Source: Eledone cirrhosa (lineage: Eukaryota). From it: a stretch of DNA of 64,000 bases. Below are positions 58,869-64,000 of this stretch, piece by piece. The position numbers were made by a program, and so were the translations under genes. The stretch is from NCBI GenBank assembly GCA_964016885.1, contig OZ024746.1, positions 5,270,001 through 5,334,000 on the forward strand, given 5' to 3'. The notes under the pieces were generated by a model, which had not been told where the DNA came from, searched no databases, and saw only the letters and a list, made by a program, of their open reading frames with translations. How positions within the stretch are numbered: the stretch's first letter is position 1; each line of letters starts with the position of its first letter.

Positions 58869-59218
58869 GTGTTGTAGTAGGGGTAGTAGTAGGTGTAGTA
58901 GTAGTAGTAGTAGTAGTAGTAGGTGTAGTAGTAGTTGTTGTAGTAGTAGTAGTAGGTGTAGTAGTAGTAGTAGTAGTAGTAGGTGTAGTAGTAGGTGTAG
59001 TAGTAGTAGTTGTAGTAGTAGTAGTAGTAGTAGGTGTAGTAGTAGTAATTGCAGTAGTAGTATAGTCGTAGTAGTAGTATAGTAGTAGTAGTAGTAATAG
59101 AAGTAGTAGTAGTAGTAATATTGGGAGTAGTAGTAACAGTAGTAGTATAGTAGTAGTAGTTTTAGTAGTAGCATCAGCAGCAGCAGTAATAGTAGTAGTA
59201 GTAGCAGTCAGTAGCAGT

Positions 59219-59250
<32 letters not shown>

Positions 59251-59590
59251 CAGCAGCAACAGTAGTAGCAGCAGCAACAGTAGTAGCAGAGCAGCAGTAG
59301 TAGCAGCAATAATAGTAGCATCAGCAGCAGCAGTATTAGTAGTAGTTGTAGCAGCCGCAGCAGTAGCAGCAGCAGCAATAGTAGTAGCAACAACAGTAGT
59401 AGTAGCAGTAGTAGTAGTAGTAATAGTAGTAGTAGCAACAACAGCAGTAATAGTAGTTGTAGTAGTAGCAGTAGCAACAGTAGTAGCAGCAGTAATAGTT
59501 GCATCAGCAGCAGCAGCAGCAGTATTAGTAGTAGTAGCAGCCACAACAGCAGTAGTAGTAGTTGTAGTAATAACAGCAAGAGCAGCAACA
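58560..59590. repeat. (GTA)/(GCA)-based degenerate triplet tract
   Basis: Direct inspection. Confidence 0.9.
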
Positions 59591-62500
59591 GTAGTTGCAG
59601 TAGCATACTGCAGTAGAGACAGCAGTAGCAACAACAGCAGTAGTAGTAGTTGTAGTAATAGCAGCAACAGCAGCAGCAGTAGTTGCAGTAGCATACTGCA
59701 GTAGAGACAGCAGTAGCAACAACAGCAGTAGTAGTTGTTGTAGTAATAGCAGCAACAGCAGCAGTAATAGTTGCAGTAGCATACTGCAGTAGAGACAGCA
59801 GTAGCAACAACAGCAGTAGTAGTAGTTGTTGTTGTAATAGCAGCAACAGCAGCAACAGTAGTTGCAGTAGCATACTGCAGTAGAGACAGCAGTAGCAACA
59901 ACAGCAGTAGTAGTTGTTGTAGTAATAGCAGCAACAGCAGCAGTAATAGTTGCAGTAGCATACTGCAGTAGAGACAGCAGTAGCAACAACAGCAGTAGTA
60001 GTAGTTGTTGTTGTAATAGCAGCAACAGCAGCAACAGTAGTTGCAGTAGCATACTGCAGTAGAGACAGCAGTAGCAACAACAACAGCAGTAGCAGTAGTT
60101 GTAGTAATAGCAGAAACAGCAGCAACAGTAGTTGCAGTAGTATACTGCAATAGAGATAGCAGCAACAACAGCAGTAGCAGTAGTTGTAGTAATAGCAGCA
60201 ACAGCAGCAACAGTAGTTGCAGTAGCATACTGCAGTAGAGACAGCAGCAGCAACAACAGCAGTAGTAGTAGTAGTTGTTGTTGTAATAGCAGCAACAGCA
60301 GCAGTAGTAGTAGTTGTTGTTGTAATAGCAGCAACAGCAGCAACAGTAGTTGCAGTAGCATACTGCAGTAGAGAGAGCAGCAGCAACAACAGCAGTAGTA
60401 GTAGTAGTTGTTGTTGTAATAGCAGCAACAGCAGCAGTAGTAGTAGTTGTTGTAGTAACAGCAGCAACAACAGCAACAGTGGTTGCAGTAGCATACCGCA
60501 GTAGAGACAGCAGTAGCAACAACAGCAGTAGTAGTAGTAGTTGTTGTTGTAATAGCAGCAACAGCAGCAACAGTAGTTGCAGTAGCATACTGCAGTAGAG
60601 ACAGCAGTAGCAACAACAGCAGTAGTAGTAGTAGTTGTAGTAACAGCAGCATCAGCAGCAACAGTGGTTGCAGTAGTATACTGCAGTAGAGACAGCAGCA
60701 ACAACAACAGCAGTAGTAGTAGTTGTAGTAATAGCAGAAACAGCAGCAACAGTGGTTGCAGTAGCATACCGCAGTAGAGACAGCAGCAGCAACAACAACA
60801 GCAGTAGTAGTAGTTGTAGTAACAGCAGCAACAGTAGTTGCAGTAGTATACTGCAATAGAGATAGCAGCAACAACAACAGCAGTAGTAGTAGTTGTAGTA
60901 ATAGCAGAAACAGCAGCAACAGTGGTTGCAGTAGCATACCGCAGTAGAGACAGCAGTAGCAACAACAGCAGTAGTAGTAGCAGTTGTAGTAACAGCAGCA
61001 ACAGCAGCAGCAGTGGTTGCAGTAGCAAACTGCAGTAGAGACAGCAGCAACAACAACAGCAGTAGTAGTTGTTGTAGTAATAGCAGAAGCAGCAGCAACA
61101 GTAGTTGCAGTAGTATACTGCAGTAGAGACAGCAGTAGCAACAACAACAGCAGTAGTAGTAGTAGTTGTAGTAATAGCAGCAACAGCAGCAACAGTAGTT
61201 GCAGTAGTATACTGCAGTAGAGACAGCAGTAGCAACAACAGCAGTAGTAGTAGTAGTTGTAGTAATAGCAGCAACAGCAGCAGCAGTAGTTGCAGTAGCA
61301 TACTGCAGTAGAGACAGCAGTAGCAACAACAGCAGTAGTAGTAGTAGTTGTAGTAATAGCAGCAACAGCAGCAGCAGTAGTTGCAGTAGCATACTGCAGT
61401 AGAGACAGCAGTAGCAACAACAGCAGTAGTAGTAGTAGTTGTAGTAATAGCAGCAACAGCAGCAACAGTAGTTGCAGTAGCATACTGCAGTAGAGACAGC
61501 AGTAGCAACAACAGCAGTAGTAGTTGTTGTAGTAATAGCAGCAACAGCAGCAGCAGTAGTTGCAGTAGCATACTGCAGTAGAGACAGCAGTAGCAACAAC
61601 AGCAGTAGTAGTAGTAGTTGTTGTAATAGCAGCAACAGCAGCAGCAGTAGTTGCAGTAGCATACTGCAGTAGAGACAGCAGTAGCAACAACAGCACTAGT
61701 AGTAGTAGTTGTTGTAATAGCAGCAACAGCAGCAGCAGTAGTTGCAGTAGCATACTGCAGTAGAGACAGCAGTAGCAACAACAGCAGTAGTAGTAGTAGT
61801 TGTAGTAATAGCAGCAACATCAGCAGTAATAGTTGCAGTAGCATACTGCAGTAGAGACAGCAGTAGCAACAACAGCAGTAGTAGTAGTTGTTGTTGTAAT
61901 AGCAGCAACAGCAGCAACAGTAGTTGCAGTAGCATACTGCAGTAGAGACAGCAGTAGCAACAACAGCAGTAGTAGTAGTTGTTGTTGTAATAGCAGCAAC
62001 AGCAGCAGCAGTAGTTGCAGTAGCATACTGCAGTAGAGACAGCAGTAGCAACAACAGCAGTAGTAATAGTTGTAGTAATAGCAGCAACAGCAGCAACAGT
62101 AGTTGCAGTAGCATACTGCAGTAGAGACAGCAGTAGCAACAACAGCAGTAGTAGTTGTTGTAGTAATAGCAGCAACAGCAGCAGCAGTAGTTGCAGTAGC
62201 ATACTGCAGTAGAGACAGCAGTAGCAACAACAGCAGTAGTAGTAGTAGTTGTTGTAATAGCAGCAACAGCAGCAGCAGTAGTTGCAGTAGCATACTGCAG
62301 TAGAGACAGCAGTAGCAACAACAGCAGTAGTAGTAGTAGTTGTAGTAATAGCAGCAACAGCAGCAGTAATAGTTGCAGTAGCATACTGCAGTAGAGACAG
62401 CAGTAGCAACAACAGCAGTAGTAGTAGTTGTTGTTCTAATAGCAGCAACAGCTGCAACAGTAGTTGCAGTAGCATACTGCAGTAGAGACAGCAGTAGCAA

Positions 62501-64000
62501 CAACAGCAGTAGTAGTAGTTGTTGTTGTAATAGCAGCAACAGCAGCAGCAGTAGTTGCAGTAGCATACTGCAGTAGAGACAGCAGTAGCAACAACAGCAG
62601 TAGTAATAGTTGTAGTAATAGCAGCAACAGCAGCAACAGTAGTTGTAGTAGCATACTGCAGTAGAGACAGCAGTAGCAACAACAGCAGTAGTAGTTGTTG
62701 TAGTAATAGCAGCAACAGCAGCAGTAATAGTTGCAGTAGCATACTGCAGTAGAGACACCAGTAGCAACAACAACAGTAGTAGCAGTAGTTGTAGTAATAG
62801 CAGCAACAGCAGCAGTAGTAGTTGCAGTAGTAGTTGCAGTAGCATACTGCAGTAGAGACAGCAGTAGCAACAACAGCAGTAGTAGTAGTAGTTGTTGTTG
62901 TAATAGCAGCAAGAGCAGCAGTAGTAGTAGTTGTTGTTGTAATAGCAGCAACAGCAGCAACAGTAGTTGCAGTAGCATACCGCAGTAGAGACAGCAGCAG
63001 CAACAACAACAGCAGTAGTAGTAGTTGTAGTAACAGCAGCAACAGCAGCAACAGTAGTTGCAGTAGCATACTGCAGTAGAGACAGCAGTAGCAACAACAG
63101 CAGTAGTAGTAGTAGTTGTAGTAATAGCAGCAACAGCAGCAGTAATAGTTGCAGTAGCATACTGCAGTAGAGACAGCAGTAGCAACAACAGCAGTAGTAG
63201 TAGTTGTAGTAATAGCAGCAACAGCAGCAGTAGTAGTTGCAGTAGCATACTGCAGTAGAGACAGCAGTAGCAACAACAGCAGTAGTAGTAGTTGTTGTAA
63301 TAGCAGCAACAGCAGCAACAGTAGTTGCAGTAGCATACTGCAGTAGAGACAGCAGTAGCAACAACAGCAGTAGTAGTTGTTGTAGTAATAGCAGCAACAG
63401 CAGCAGTAATAGTTCCAGTAGCATACTGCAGTAGAGACAGCAGTAGCAACAACAGCAGTAGTAGTTGTTGTTGTAATAGCAGCAACAGCAGCAGTAGTAG
63501 TTGCAGTAGCATACTGTAGTAGAGACAGCAGTAGCAACAACAACAGCAGCAACAGTAGTTGCAGTAGCATACTGCAGTAGAGACACCAGTAGCAACAACA
63601 ACAGCAGTAGGAGTAGTTGTAGTAATAGCAGCAACAGCAGCAGTAGTAGTTGCAGTAGCATACCGCAGTAGAGACAGCAGTAGCAACAACAGCAGTAGTA
63701 GTAGTAGTTGTTGTTGTAATAGCAGCAAGAGCAGCAGTAGTAGTAGTTGTTGTTGTAATAGCAGTAAGAGCAGCAGTAGTAGTAGTTGTTGTTGTAATAG
63801 CAGCAACAGCAGCAACAGTAGTTGCAGTAGCATACTGCAGTAGAGACAGCAGCAGCAACAACAACAGCAGTAGTAGTAGTTGTAGTAACAGCAGCAACAG
63901 CAACAGCAGTAGTTGCAGTAGCATACTGCAGTAGAGACAGCAGTAGCAACAACAGCAGTAGTAGTTGTAGTAATAGCAGCAACAACAGCAGTAGTAGTAG
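59590..64000. repeat. ~88-91-bp minisatellite with hairpin core, runs off the window
   Basis: Core gttgcagtagcatactgcagtagagacagcag; measured periods 88, 88 and 91 bp for the first units. Confidence 0.95.

Noticed and set aside
58528-63985. ORFs of 300-1058 aa on the minus strand
   Set aside because: All three frames are open and cycle through the same poly-L/T-A/C-Y pattern, which is a minisatellite artefact.
59590-64000. CRISPR-like array (palindromic repeat with variable spacers)
   Set aside because: The spacers are homologous triplet runs rather than unique sequence, the context is eukaryotic, and there are no cas genes.

Overview
AT-rich, microsatellite-saturated eukaryotic DNA. The SINE type and repeat landscape suggest a cephalopod (octopus-like) genome; this is inference. 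I recognise no host gene, and nearly all long ORFs in the track are simple-repeat artefacts. Recognisable coding remnants are a ~2 kb frameshifted CRE-clade non-LTR retrotransposon (52.9-55.0 kb, plus three 3' fragments), a decayed RTE LINE (6.8-8.4 kb), R4/Dong-like and RTE fragments, and the C-terminus of a Penelope-like (PLE) GIY-YIG endonuclease (30.2-30.4 kb, minus). Also present are tRNA-derived SINEs, two hAT MITEs, a non-autonomous Helitron and several minisatellites. The main signal is non-coding. (1) At least 7-8 families of short elements sit inside (TA)n runs. Many are fold-back palindromes, several carry hand-foldable minimal type I hammerhead ribozymes, and several share a 3' ACTC...GAGT hairpin. 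(2) A ~630-nt element occurs in three diverged copies whose many stems show compensatory and G-U changes on the + strand. One copy is head-to-tail. It has no conserved ORF and no ribozyme I recognise, so it is a candidate undescribed large structured mobile RNA. All folds and alignments were done by eye and need computational confirmation.
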